Origin: Candidatus Bipolaricaulia bacterium
GTDB lineage: Bacteria; Bipolaricaulota; Bipolaricaulia; JBHIAT01
DNA: 13,778 nt
Assembly (NCBI GenBank): GCA_046758705.1
Contig: JBHIAT010000094.1
Coordinates: 1 to 13,778 of the forward strand
Reading direction: 5' to 3'
Shown: positions 1 through 7,357 of the stretch, one piece after another
Layout of the letters: the number at the start of each line of letters is the position of its first letter
How positions within the stretch are numbered: position 1 is the first letter of the stretch
The notes under the pieces: model-generated
The model's database searches: none
What the model was told of the DNA's origin: nothing
What the model saw: only the letters and a program-made list of their open reading frames with translations
Translations under genes and position numbers: made by a program

Positions 1-7
1 AATGAAA

Positions 8-93
8 ACGCAGGTCCCGGGCCTCAGGATCCCACCCGCTGGGGGCTGCCATCCTCACGGACGACCTGAGGTAATTCCCGCGCATACCTGCAT
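8..93 (-). ncRNA. Candidate structured small RNA (family unassigned)
   Basis: Minus strand folds by eye: P1 GCAGGU(91-86)/ACCUGC(15-10); P2 CGGG(80-77)/CCCG(21-18); P3 CCUCAGG(71-65)/CCUGAGG(28-22). P3 closes a junction containing the hairpin UCGUCC-GUGA-GGAUGG (GNRA tetraloop) and a short GCCC/GGGU hairpin. It starts 5-7 nt after a perfect -10 box and is followed by UUUU. Confidence 0.65.
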
Positions 94-97
94 CAAC

Positions 98-126
98 ATT
101 ATAACATGGAGATGCGGTAGTGTCAA
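98..126 (-). promoter_or_regulatory. Consensus sigma70 promoter with extended -10
   Basis: Minus strand TTGACA (126-121), 17-nt spacer, TATAAT (103-98), preceded by TGn (TGTTATAAT). Confidence 0.9.
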
Positions 127-390
127 AGGGGCATTGCCCTGCCGTCTTTTTAAACCTGACTTGCTGTTCGAGAGTGCCCTACTCATGAGAGATGGAGTGT
201 GTTCTAACAGGCTTTCTGTTAGGCTTCAACGCCTATGGATATCCCACAGGACCGCCGATTCGCGGTGGTAATGGGGGTGTCGGCAGGTCTGGTGATGGAG
301 TTGTGGTCATCTGAGCGTCAGGGTTTATTATAGGGATGAACCGGGATATAGCCCTGTATTTCAGGAATCCCCGTCTCATGGAGCCTCCGC

Positions 391-412
391 CGTCAACAAT
401 CGCGTCAACAAT
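391..412. repeat. 10-bp direct repeat CGTCAACAAT x2 (12-bp period)
   Basis: Copies at 391-400 and 403-412, upstream of a TATACT hexamer at 431-436 and of the HEAT-repeat gene. Confidence 0.7.
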
Positions 413-496
413 TTTGCAACCTTCGCAGACTATACTTCCTACTGAAATGATGTACGGAATTGACAATGAAAGCGGAAGAAAGGAAGTGAGGTTCAG

Positions 497-907
497 GTGG
501 AATTGCTAATTGGGATCTTGATAGGGTTCGTTTGGCTATTTGTCCGGAAGCGAAGGGGGAAATCTAAGCTAGCTGTCCGGAAACTTGTTAAGATCGGCCC
601 TGCTGCAGTCCCCACCTTGATCAAAGTGCTTCAAGACAAGGATGTGGATGTGCGCCAGGAAGCCGCCGAGGCGCTGGGGAAGATTGGCCCTGACGCTCGG
701 GATGCGGTGCCCGCCCTGGTCGAGGCGTTGCGGGATGAGGACTGGAGTGTGCGTCAGTTTTCCGCCTGGGCGCTGAGGAAGATTGGTCCTGATGCAGTCC
801 CTGCCCTGATCGAAGCACTGGAGGATGAGGACGAGCGCGTACGGGACAACGCTACCCGGGTTCTCCAGGTTCTTAAGAAGGAGAAAAACAGGGTAGGGGT
901 TAAGTAA
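497..907 (+). CDS. Small HEAT/PBS-lyase repeat protein with N-terminal membrane anchor
   Basis: GTG start after GAGGT. Hydrophobic N-terminus followed by RKRRGK. Repeats KIGPAAVPTLIKVLQDKDVDVRQEAAEALG, DAVPALVEALRDEDWSVRQFSAWALR and KIGPDAVPALIEALEDEDERVRDNA. Confidence 0.85.
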   Translation: MELLIGILIGFVWLFVRKRRGKSKLAVRKLVKIGPAAVPTLIKVLQDKDVDVRQEAAEALGKIGPDARDAVPALVEALRDEDWSVRQFSAWALRKIGPDAVPALIEALEDEDERVRDNATRVLQVLKKEKNRVGVK

Positions 908-1060
908 GGCAGTCCGGCTGGGGGGCGGCGAACGGTAAGTACAATCGATGTCTCTTGACGGATGGATGTTAGATATGTTCTCCTAACGTATGCACGTCGA
1001 GGTTAATCAGGGTGGTAAGATTGGGGTGTGGGATAGGAACGGGGTAGTTCATGGCAGAGT

Positions 1061-1471
1061 CTATTTCAGCTCGAATGGTTTGGGCAAAAGCTCCCGAAGC
1101 GGCAGTTTTTCGTAGGAACCGTCGGGGTTTCCCATAATCACCTCGATCTCCGGTGCGAACTCAAACAGCACCTGCCGACAGGAGCCACACGGGCGACAGC
1201 GATCCGAGTCGCAGACGACCGCGATCTTGGTGAATTGGCGTTCCCCTTCGGAGATCGCCTTCACTAAAGCGACCCGTTCGGCACAGAGTGACAGATCGTT
1301 GACGGCGTTCTCAACGTTGACGCCGCGATAGACCTTGCCGTCGGCGGTCAGGAGCGCAGCACCGACGGAAAACTTGGAATAGGGGGCGTAGGCCACCTTG
1401 CGCGCCTCAATTGCCTCGTTGAGCAGCTCTTCGTCACTCATGGCATGAGGTTGGGGAAGGGGAGGGGTCAA
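1061..1471 (-). CDS. cdd: Cytidine deaminase (homotetrameric type); start is TTG 1471 or ATG 1441
   Basis: Motifs AYAPYSKFSVGAA, NVENA, LCAERVA and PCGSCRQVLFEF (three Zn-binding Cys and the catalytic Glu). Confidence 0.95.
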   Translation of the reverse strand: MTPPLPQPHAMSDEELLNEAIEARKVAYAPYSKFSVGAALLTADGKVYRGVNVENAVNDLSLCAERVALVKAISEGERQFTKIAVVCDSDRCRPCGSCRQVLFEFAPEIEVIMGNPDGSYEKLPLRELLPKPFELK

Positions 1472-1482
1472 AGGCCCTCCCC
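1459..1482 (-). promoter_or_regulatory. 8-bp GC hairpin at the nucleotidase-cdd junction
   Basis: Minus strand GGGGAGGG-CCUUUGAC-CCCUCCCC. The stem contains a GGAGG and the loop contains the TTG at 1471-1469. No U-tract follows. Confidence 0.45.
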
Positions 1483-1489
1483 CTGATCC

Positions 1490-3013
1490 TTATCCTCCCA
1501 CTCTAGTGATCCGACCTTCGAGTCCGGGATTGACCGGGGTGTGCTCTTGGATGAAGTCGATGACAGCCTCCGCTAGGCCGACTTGGGTATCAAATCGGGA
1601 TTGGGCTTCCTGGAAGACGGTGTAGCCGTCCCCGCCATCGGCCATGAAGTTGTTGGTTACGACGGCATAGACCCGCTCCAGATCCAGGGGTGCCCCAGCA
1701 AACTTCACGTCGACAATCCGCGAGCCTACCGGCTGGCTCGGATCGAAGGTGTAAGAGAGACCGGCCACCTGAGCGAACCTCCCCGCGTTATTCTCATATT
1801 GGCTGACACCGTTCTCCAAAGCTTCCAGGATCTGCATGCCCGTCAGCTCTAAAATGACCATCGTGTTCCCGAACGGCAAAACCTCCAGGATCTGCCGGCT
1901 GGTGACCTGCCCGGCAGGAATATCGGCCCGGATGCCCCCGCCGTTCTGGATGGCGATCTCCGCTTGAGGGTTCGCCCACAGCATCGTATCGGTGATCAGG
2001 TCGCCCATGTTGGTCTCCCGCTCTCGGCTCACCCGGGTTTCTCTGACCCCCTCGAGGAGCACTGCGGACCTTCCGATCGGTTGATCGACCTGAGCGCTGA
2101 TGACACCGCCCAACACCGTAATCAGACTTGAGATCGCCGGATCCGGTTGGATGTTCTCTTCGAGAGGGAGCAGCATGTAGGACCAGCTGGTAATGACCCC
2201 GTCCTCGAGCCTGACATCTAAAGAACCGACATACCCTAGACGGCTGCCTGCCTGAAAGATCAGCGTCGGTGCCCCATCATGCATGACGACGATCGGCTCT
2301 CTGATGACTGTTCCCGTATGCCCGGAGAGCACGACGTCGATCCCTGGGACCGCCTCAACCACGGCTTGATCCACCGTCTCACCCGAGTGGGAGACGAGCA
2401 CGATGAAGTCGATCCCGAGATGGGTGAGCTCTTCGACCGCACGCCGCGTCGCCACCACCGAATCGGTGAAGCGAATACCTGGACCCGGATTGGAGATCAC
2501 CGGCGTCTCCTCGATAACCAAGCCAATCACTCCAGCCCGCACCGGACCTTTCTCGACGATCGTCCAGGGTTTGAACTTGCCCTGGAGGACGTGGCCCTCC
2601 GTCACCTCAACGTTCGCTGCCAGGTACGGGAAGTTCGCTAGATCGAGGATCTCGGCCAAGAATTCGGGTCCTTTGTCAAACTCGTGGTTTCCGAGGGAGG
2701 AGGCATCAAAGCCGAGCAAATTGAGGAACATCGTCTCCGCTTGGCCATCGAAGATGGTGTAGAAGATCGTCCCGACCACGTTGTCCCCGCTCGAAAATTT
2801 GAAGGTGGGGACACCGGGCTCGCTCAGTATGTTAAGGGCGGTGGCCAGCTTGGCGACCCCGCCAACTCCGCGGTTCGCCTCGATCGCCGAGTGGTACTCG
2901 CTGATCCCGATGACCTTGACATCAGCGGTCGTCCCGGCATATAAGGTCCCCGATACCCACAGTAAAGCAAGGATCGTTGCAGATAGGAGCTTTAAATTTT
3001 TGTTGGAAACCAT
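1490..3013 (-). CDS. Exported bifunctional metallophosphoesterase / 5'-nucleotidase (UshA/CD73 family)
   Basis: ATG 3013 after AAGGAGG. Signal-peptide-like MVSNKNLKLLSATILALLWVSGTLYA. Motifs SGDN, LGNHEFD, SHSG and SGHT. C-terminal domain motifs RERETNMGD, NGGGIRA, LPFGN and FMADGGDGY. Confidence 0.92.
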   Translation of the reverse strand: MVSNKNLKLLSATILALLWVSGTLYAGTTADVKVIGISEYHSAIEANRGVGGVAKLATALNILSEPGVPTFKFSSGDNVVGTIFYTIFDGQAETMFLNLLGFDASSLGNHEFDKGPEFLAEILDLANFPYLAANVEVTEGHVLQGKFKPWTIVEKGPVRAGVIGLVIEETPVISNPGPGIRFTDSVVATRRAVEELTHLGIDFIVLVSHSGETVDQAVVEAVPGIDVVLSGHTGTVIREPIVVMHDGAPTLIFQAGSRLGYVGSLDVRLEDGVITSWSYMLLPLEENIQPDPAISSLITVLGGVISAQVDQPIGRSAVLLEGVRETRVSRERETNMGDLITDTMLWANPQAEIAIQNGGGIRADIPAGQVTSRQILEVLPFGNTMVILELTGMQILEALENGVSQYENNAGRFAQVAGLSYTFDPSQPVGSRIVDVKFAGAPLDLERVYAVVTNNFMADGGDGYTVFQEAQSRFDTQVGLAEAVIDFIQEHTPVNPGLEGRITRVGG

Positions 3014-3035
3014 CTTCGCCTCCTTATTTTTTATG

Positions 3036-3860
3036 TTATGAAAGCTCGTTGAGCGCCTGTTCAAGCTGCTCCGGGCTCAACGCGCCATGATGCCAGTGGT
3101 AGTCATCCTCCATGAACGACACCCCCTTGCCGATGATGTTGTTCGCCACGATCATCGTCGGCTGGCTATCTGTCTCTAAGAATTTTTCGAAGGCCCCGAT
3201 GATCTGCTCGTAATCGTGGCCATCGATCCCGATCGCCTGCCAGCCGAATGCCTGCCACTTCTCTACCAGCGGCTCGACCTCCATGATCTGCTCGTTCCTT
3301 CCGTCGATCTGGGCTCCGTTGTGGTCGAGGATGGCACACAGGTTATCTAATCGATAGTGGCTGGCGGCGGTCCCCGCCTCCCACGGTTGACCGGCCTGAC
3401 TTTCCCCGTCGCTGATCATACAGTAGACGCGGTAGTCCTTGTCGTCGAGTTTGCCCGCTAACGCCATCCCCACGGCGATCGACAGCCCGTGCCCCAGTGA
3501 TCCCCCGGAGATCTCGATCCCCGGTATCCGCCACGCGGTGCTCGGATGGCCCTGAAGCATCGCACCCAGGCGGCGGAAGCTCCACAGCTCTTCCTCAGGA
3601 AAGTAGCCCTTGTCGGCCAGGATCGTATAAAGTCCGGGGCAGGTATGACCATTACTCAGCAGAAATCGATCCCGATCCGGCCACCACGGATCATTGGGAC
3701 GATCCCTCAAGAACCGATAGTGCAGCGTCACCAACACATCGGCGTGGCCCATCGCGCCACCGGGATGCCCCGAATTCGCTTTGGTGACCATCTTGACGAT
3801 GGTTCGACGCAACCATTGGGCTTTCTGTTGCAACGCTTCGACATCCAAGCGCTGTTCCAC
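3036..3860 (-). CDS. Transketolase, N-terminal (ThDP-binding) subunit
   Basis: Motifs SGHPGG, RDRFLLSNGH, LQGHP, GSLGHGLS, SDGE...N and KGVSFME..WH. GTG start after AAGGAGG. Confidence 0.93.
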   Translation of the reverse strand: MEQRLDVEALQQKAQWLRRTIVKMVTKANSGHPGGAMGHADVLVTLHYRFLRDRPNDPWWPDRDRFLLSNGHTCPGLYTILADKGYFPEEELWSFRRLGAMLQGHPSTAWRIPGIEISGGSLGHGLSIAVGMALAGKLDDKDYRVYCMISDGESQAGQPWEAGTAASHYRLDNLCAILDHNGAQIDGRNEQIMEVEPLVEKWQAFGWQAIGIDGHDYEQIIGAFEKFLETDSQPTMIVANNIIGKGVSFMEDDYHWHHGALSPEQLEQALNELS

Positions 3861-4823
3861 TTACCCCTCCTTGCGCTTCAAGACTTTCCGGACGGCTTCG
3901 GCGATCCCCTCCGGTGTCAGTCCGTAATGCTCGACCAGATCCCAGGCATCCCCCGACTGGCCGAAGACATCCGGGATACCGACCGGCTCCACGGGGACCG
4001 GGTGGTGCTGGCTCAGCGTCTCGGCGATCGCACTCCTCAGCCCGCCGATGATCGAGTGCTCCTCGGCGACCACCGCGGCTCCGGTCTTCGCCACCGAGGC
4101 GACGACCGTGTCGACGTCGATCGGCTTGACCGTCGAGACATTCACCACTGCGGCCGAGATCCCTGCTTCCACCAGTTGTTGGGCGGCGGCGAGCGACTGG
4201 GCGACCATCAGGCCGATGGCGAACAGGGTGACGTCTGAGCCCTGCTTGAGCACCTGGGCTTGGCCTAACTGGAACTCATAACCCTGATCGAGAACCATCG
4301 GGAACGCCTCGCGGCTGAGGCGAACGTAGACCGGTCCCTGGTCGTATTGAGCGATGGTCCGGATCACCTGGGCGGTCTCGACGGCATCGGCGGGCACGAC
4401 GACGGTCATATTCGGCAGCGCCCGCATGTTGGAGATATCTTCGACCGTCTGGTGGGAAGCCCCGTCCTTGCCGACGGTGATGCCAGTGTGGGTGACGACG
4501 ATGCGGACGGGCAGACTGGGGTAGGCGATGTGTTGACGGATCGGCTCCAGCGCTTTACAGATGGCAAAGATTCCGAACGTGCTGACGAAGACACGTTTGC
4601 CGGTGGACGCCAGGCCGGCGGCGACACCCATCATGTTGGGCTCGGCGACGCCCATGTTGAAGAATCGTTCAGGATAGCGATCGCCGAAGAGTTTCGTATA
4701 AGTGGATCCGGCCAGGTCGGCGGTGAGCACTACAATCGATTCGTCCTGCTCGCCCAGTTCTAAAAGAACTTCACCGTAAGTTTTCCTGAGACTGACCTTC
4801 TCCGTTTTCTTAACGATCGTCAC
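3861..4823 (-). CDS. Transketolase, C-terminal (pyrimidine-binding plus C-domain) subunit
   Basis: Motifs ADLAGST, ERFFNMGVAEPNMMGVAAGLA, GKDGASHQ, GPVYVRL and EEHSIIGGL. GTG 4823 preferred as start because GGAGG lies just upstream of it. Confidence 0.93.
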   Translation of the reverse strand: MTIVKKTEKVSLRKTYGEVLLELGEQDESIVVLTADLAGSTYTKLFGDRYPERFFNMGVAEPNMMGVAAGLASTGKRVFVSTFGIFAICKALEPIRQHIAYPSLPVRIVVTHTGITVGKDGASHQTVEDISNMRALPNMTVVVPADAVETAQVIRTIAQYDQGPVYVRLSREAFPMVLDQGYEFQLGQAQVLKQGSDVTLFAIGLMVAQSLAAAQQLVEAGISAAVVNVSTVKPIDVDTVVASVAKTGAAVVAEEHSIIGGLRSAIAETLSQHHPVPVEPVGIPDVFGQSGDAWDLVEHYGLTPEGIAEAVRKVLKRKEG

Positions 4824-4846
4824 GTGGATACCTCCGATCAATGCCT

Positions 4847-4876
4847 ATTCTATAGGACTATCTTGGAGGGCGTCAA
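4847..4876 (-). promoter_or_regulatory. Possible internal sigma70 promoter for the transketolase-nucleotidase-cdd sub-operon
   Basis: Minus strand TTGACG (4876-4871), 18-nt spacer, TAGAAT (4852-4847). The palindrome CCTAT-TCT-ATAGG (4844-4856) overlaps the -10. Confidence 0.45.
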
Positions 4877-5808
4877 TGTTTCGACTCCGACTCGGCGGAT
4901 TGCTCCAGAAACGCCTCGACCTGTGCGCCGGTTGGCATCGAGGGCTGTGCTCCCTCGGCGGTGACTGAGAGTGCGGCGACGGCGTTGGCATAACCGACCG
5001 CCGCTTCGAGATCCCGTCCGCGACTCAGAGCGACGGCCAGACCGGCGTTGAACGCGTCCCCGGCCGCAGTCGTGTCGATCGCCTTGACCCGGTACCCCGG
5101 AAGATGAACGAGCTGTCCCGCGGTGCTCAGGTAAGCCCCCTCAGCCCCCCATTTGCAGATGACTGTCTCAATCCCGGTTCGCTTGCTGAGCGAGACCGCT
5201 GCCCGCTCGATGGCTCGGGGGTGCTGCAATTCGATACCCACAAGTCCGGCCAGCTCCGTTCGGTTCGGAGTGATGAGGTCGATCCGCTCTGTGTATAGAT
5301 CGCTGAGATCCCGGACCGGTGCTGGATCGAGGATGACGAGCGGTGCCCCTGCCGACAGACGCCTCAGAAGATGGTCGATTGTCCCAAGCGGGATCTCCAG
5401 TTGAAGCAGGAGGATCTTGGCATCACCGATTTTCGGAAGGACGGTCTCGACATACTCATTATCGACGTTTCCGTTGGCCCCCGCGATGATTGTGATCAGG
5501 TTCTCACCCGCGTCATCGACCAGGATCGAGGCGACCCCTGAGGAGCTTGGCTGACTCACCAGATCGTCGATCCGGACGCCGTTCTTTTCGAGCGAGCCTT
5601 TCAGTTGTTCCCCGAAGATGTCATCGCCGATCATCCCGAGCATGCCGACGTCTCCGTCCAGGCGCGCCGCTCCCACCGCCTGGTTGGCACCCTTCCCGCC
5701 CGGGAACTGTGCGAAGCTTCGTCCGACGATCGTCTCTCCCGGTTCTGGGAACCGCTCGACCCGGACGACCAGGTCCATGTTGATGCTGCCCAGGACGGCG
5801 ATCTCCAT
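4873..5808 (-). CDS. rbsK: Ribokinase (PfkB family)
   Basis: Motifs GSINMDLV, PGGKGANQAV, GENLI..IAGAN, LLQLEIP, DPAP, TPNRTE and DTTAAGDAFN. Confidence 0.93.
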   Translation of the reverse strand: MEIAVLGSINMDLVVRVERFPEPGETIVGRSFAQFPGGKGANQAVGAARLDGDVGMLGMIGDDIFGEQLKGSLEKNGVRIDDLVSQPSSSGVASILVDDAGENLITIIAGANGNVDNEYVETVLPKIGDAKILLLQLEIPLGTIDHLLRRLSAGAPLVILDPAPVRDLSDLYTERIDLITPNRTELAGLVGIELQHPRAIERAAVSLSKRTGIETVICKWGAEGAYLSTAGQLVHLPGYRVKAIDTTAAGDAFNAGLAVALSRGRDLEAAVGYANAVAALSVTAEGAQPSMPTGAQVEAFLEQSAESESKH

Positions 5809-7314
5809 TCAGCCCCCCGTCACGATCCTAAAGGTCTCCTGATAAGCATCCTTCAATGCCGGATAGAGCGAGCGGTAGACCGGATAGAGCGCGTCATAGA
5901 TCCGGACATGCTTGGGGATGGGCTCGATTCGGTCCGCCAACTTCACCGTCTCCTGGACCGCTTCAGCCACATCCCGGTAGACTCCGGTTCCGACCCCGGC
6001 CAACAGCGCCGCTCCGAACGCCGGGCCCTCGTCGGTCCCGGTCGTGACCACCTCGGTGTTGAACACATCGGCCTGGATCTGGCGCCACAGGGGGCTGCGC
6101 GCTCCACCCCCGGTGATCCGCACCTGCTCGATCTGAACCCCCAACGCTTTCAGGAGCTCCAGGGAGTCCCGCAGTCCGAATGCTACTCCCTCCAGGATCG
6201 CCCGGACGAAGTGTCCTCGGCCGTGTCTTGGGGAGAGGCCGAAGAAGACGCCCCGAGCGCGGCCATCGCGATGGGGTGTTCGCTCCCCGTTCAGATAGGG
6301 TAGAAACAGCAGTCCCTCACTCCCGACCGGGACGGCGGCTGCCTCCTCATCCAAATGCCGGTATGAGGTCTCACCGGCGAACTGCTCCCGGAACCACTTG
6401 AGCGACAACCCGGCGGCGAGCATCACCCCCATCAGGTACCAGCGGTTTGGGACCGAATGATTGAAGCTGTGCAACCTCCCCTTCGGGTCGTGGCGAGGCC
6501 GGTCGGTGTGGCCCAGGACGACACCGGAGGAACCGATGCTCGATGAGACGAGCCCCTCCTGGACGATTCCGTTTCCCACCGCACTGCAGGCATTGTCCGC
6601 TCCTCCGGCCACCACGACCGTGCTCCGGGGCAGGCCGGTCCGGTTGGCGGCCTCCTCGGTGAGCTCTCCGACCGGATCGATTGACTCCAGGACCTCAGGC
6701 AGGATCGATCTCGACAGGTCGAGTTTTCGCAAAAGTTCGTCCGACCAACGTCGGTTGCTGACGTCGAACAGGATCGTCCCGGCTGCATCCGAGACCTCGG
6801 TGCCCTTTCGTCCGGTCAGCCGGTAGACGATGTAGTCTTTGGGGAGAAACATCGTCTTCACTCGACCGTAGTTCTCCGGCTCGTACTCCCTCAGCCACAG
6901 CAGTTTCGGTGCCGTAAAGCCTTCCAGAGCCGGATTGCCGACCAGTTCGTACAGCCTTTGCTCTCCGACCGCTTCGCTGATCTGTCGGCACTGCTCGGTC
7001 GTCCGGGTGTCGCACCACAAGATCGCGGGTCGGATCACCTCATCTTGCTCGTCGAGGAAGACCGAGCCGTGCATCTGGCCGCTGAGCGCCAGGCCACGGA
7101 CCTCGTCGGATTTGACCTGCTCTGTTTCTGTCACATTCTGGATCGCTTTGACGACCGCATCCCACCACGTCTCGGGGTGTTGTTCCGCCCAGCCGGGTCG
7201 AGGCATATCGAGAGGGTACTCCTCGGTATGTTGGGCGAGCACGGTCCCGTCCTCATTGAGTGCTAACACTTTGGCACCGGTCGTGCCGAGGTCAATCCCA
7301 AGTAGCACAGCCAT
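5809..7314 (-). CDS. xylB: Xylulokinase (FGGY family)
   Basis: ATG 7314 after GGAGGAGG. Motifs GIDLGTT, SGQMHG, RPAILWCDTR, GFTAPKLLW, LPKDY, SDAAGT, GGADN, FLPYLNGERTPH and GGGARS..WRQIQADV. Confidence 0.88.
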   Translation of the reverse strand: MAVLLGIDLGTTGAKVLALNEDGTVLAQHTEEYPLDMPRPGWAEQHPETWWDAVVKAIQNVTETEQVKSDEVRGLALSGQMHGSVFLDEQDEVIRPAILWCDTRTTEQCRQISEAVGEQRLYELVGNPALEGFTAPKLLWLREYEPENYGRVKTMFLPKDYIVYRLTGRKGTEVSDAAGTILFDVSNRRWSDELLRKLDLSRSILPEVLESIDPVGELTEEAANRTGLPRSTVVVAGGADNACSAVGNGIVQEGLVSSSIGSSGVVLGHTDRPRHDPKGRLHSFNHSVPNRWYLMGVMLAAGLSLKWFREQFAGETSYRHLDEEAAAVPVGSEGLLFLPYLNGERTPHRDGRARGVFFGLSPRHGRGHFVRAILEGVAFGLRDSLELLKALGVQIEQVRITGGGARSPLWRQIQADVFNTEVVTTGTDEGPAFGAALLAGVGTGVYRDVAEAVQETVKLADRIEPIPKHVRIYDALYPVYRSLYPALKDAYQETFRIVTGG

Positions 7315-7357
7315 AGCCAACTCCTCCTCCCGATTCGATATGAGGTATAATAGACAG

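Noticed and set aside
45-70. SRP RNA helix 8 resemblance (UCAGGUC...GNRA...GCAGCC)
   Set aside because: The stem under the tetraloop is longer than canonical, the symmetric loop does not align, and CCUCAGG pairs better with the distal CCUGAGG. It is not called SRP without a covariance-model hit.
460-465. Perfect TTGACA before the HEAT gene
   Set aside because: No -10 box at 16-18 nt spacing.
2-466. ORFs 2..271 (+) and 233..466 (-)
   Set aside because: No recognisable motifs or RBS. The first overlies the ncRNA and its promoter.
590-820. DNA repeats in the HEAT gene as a CRISPR-like array
   Set aside because: They are degenerate, in frame and fully explained by the protein repeats.
5806-5811. 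In-frame TGA-ATG junction of xylB and rbsK as a readthrough or selenocysteine fusion
   Set aside because: Both proteins are complete, the junction is not at a catalytic position, and no SECIS-like hairpin is evident. Translational coupling is the simpler explanation.
7346-7351. Plus-strand TATAAT as an antisense promoter into proS
   Set aside because: No -35 or extended -10 support.
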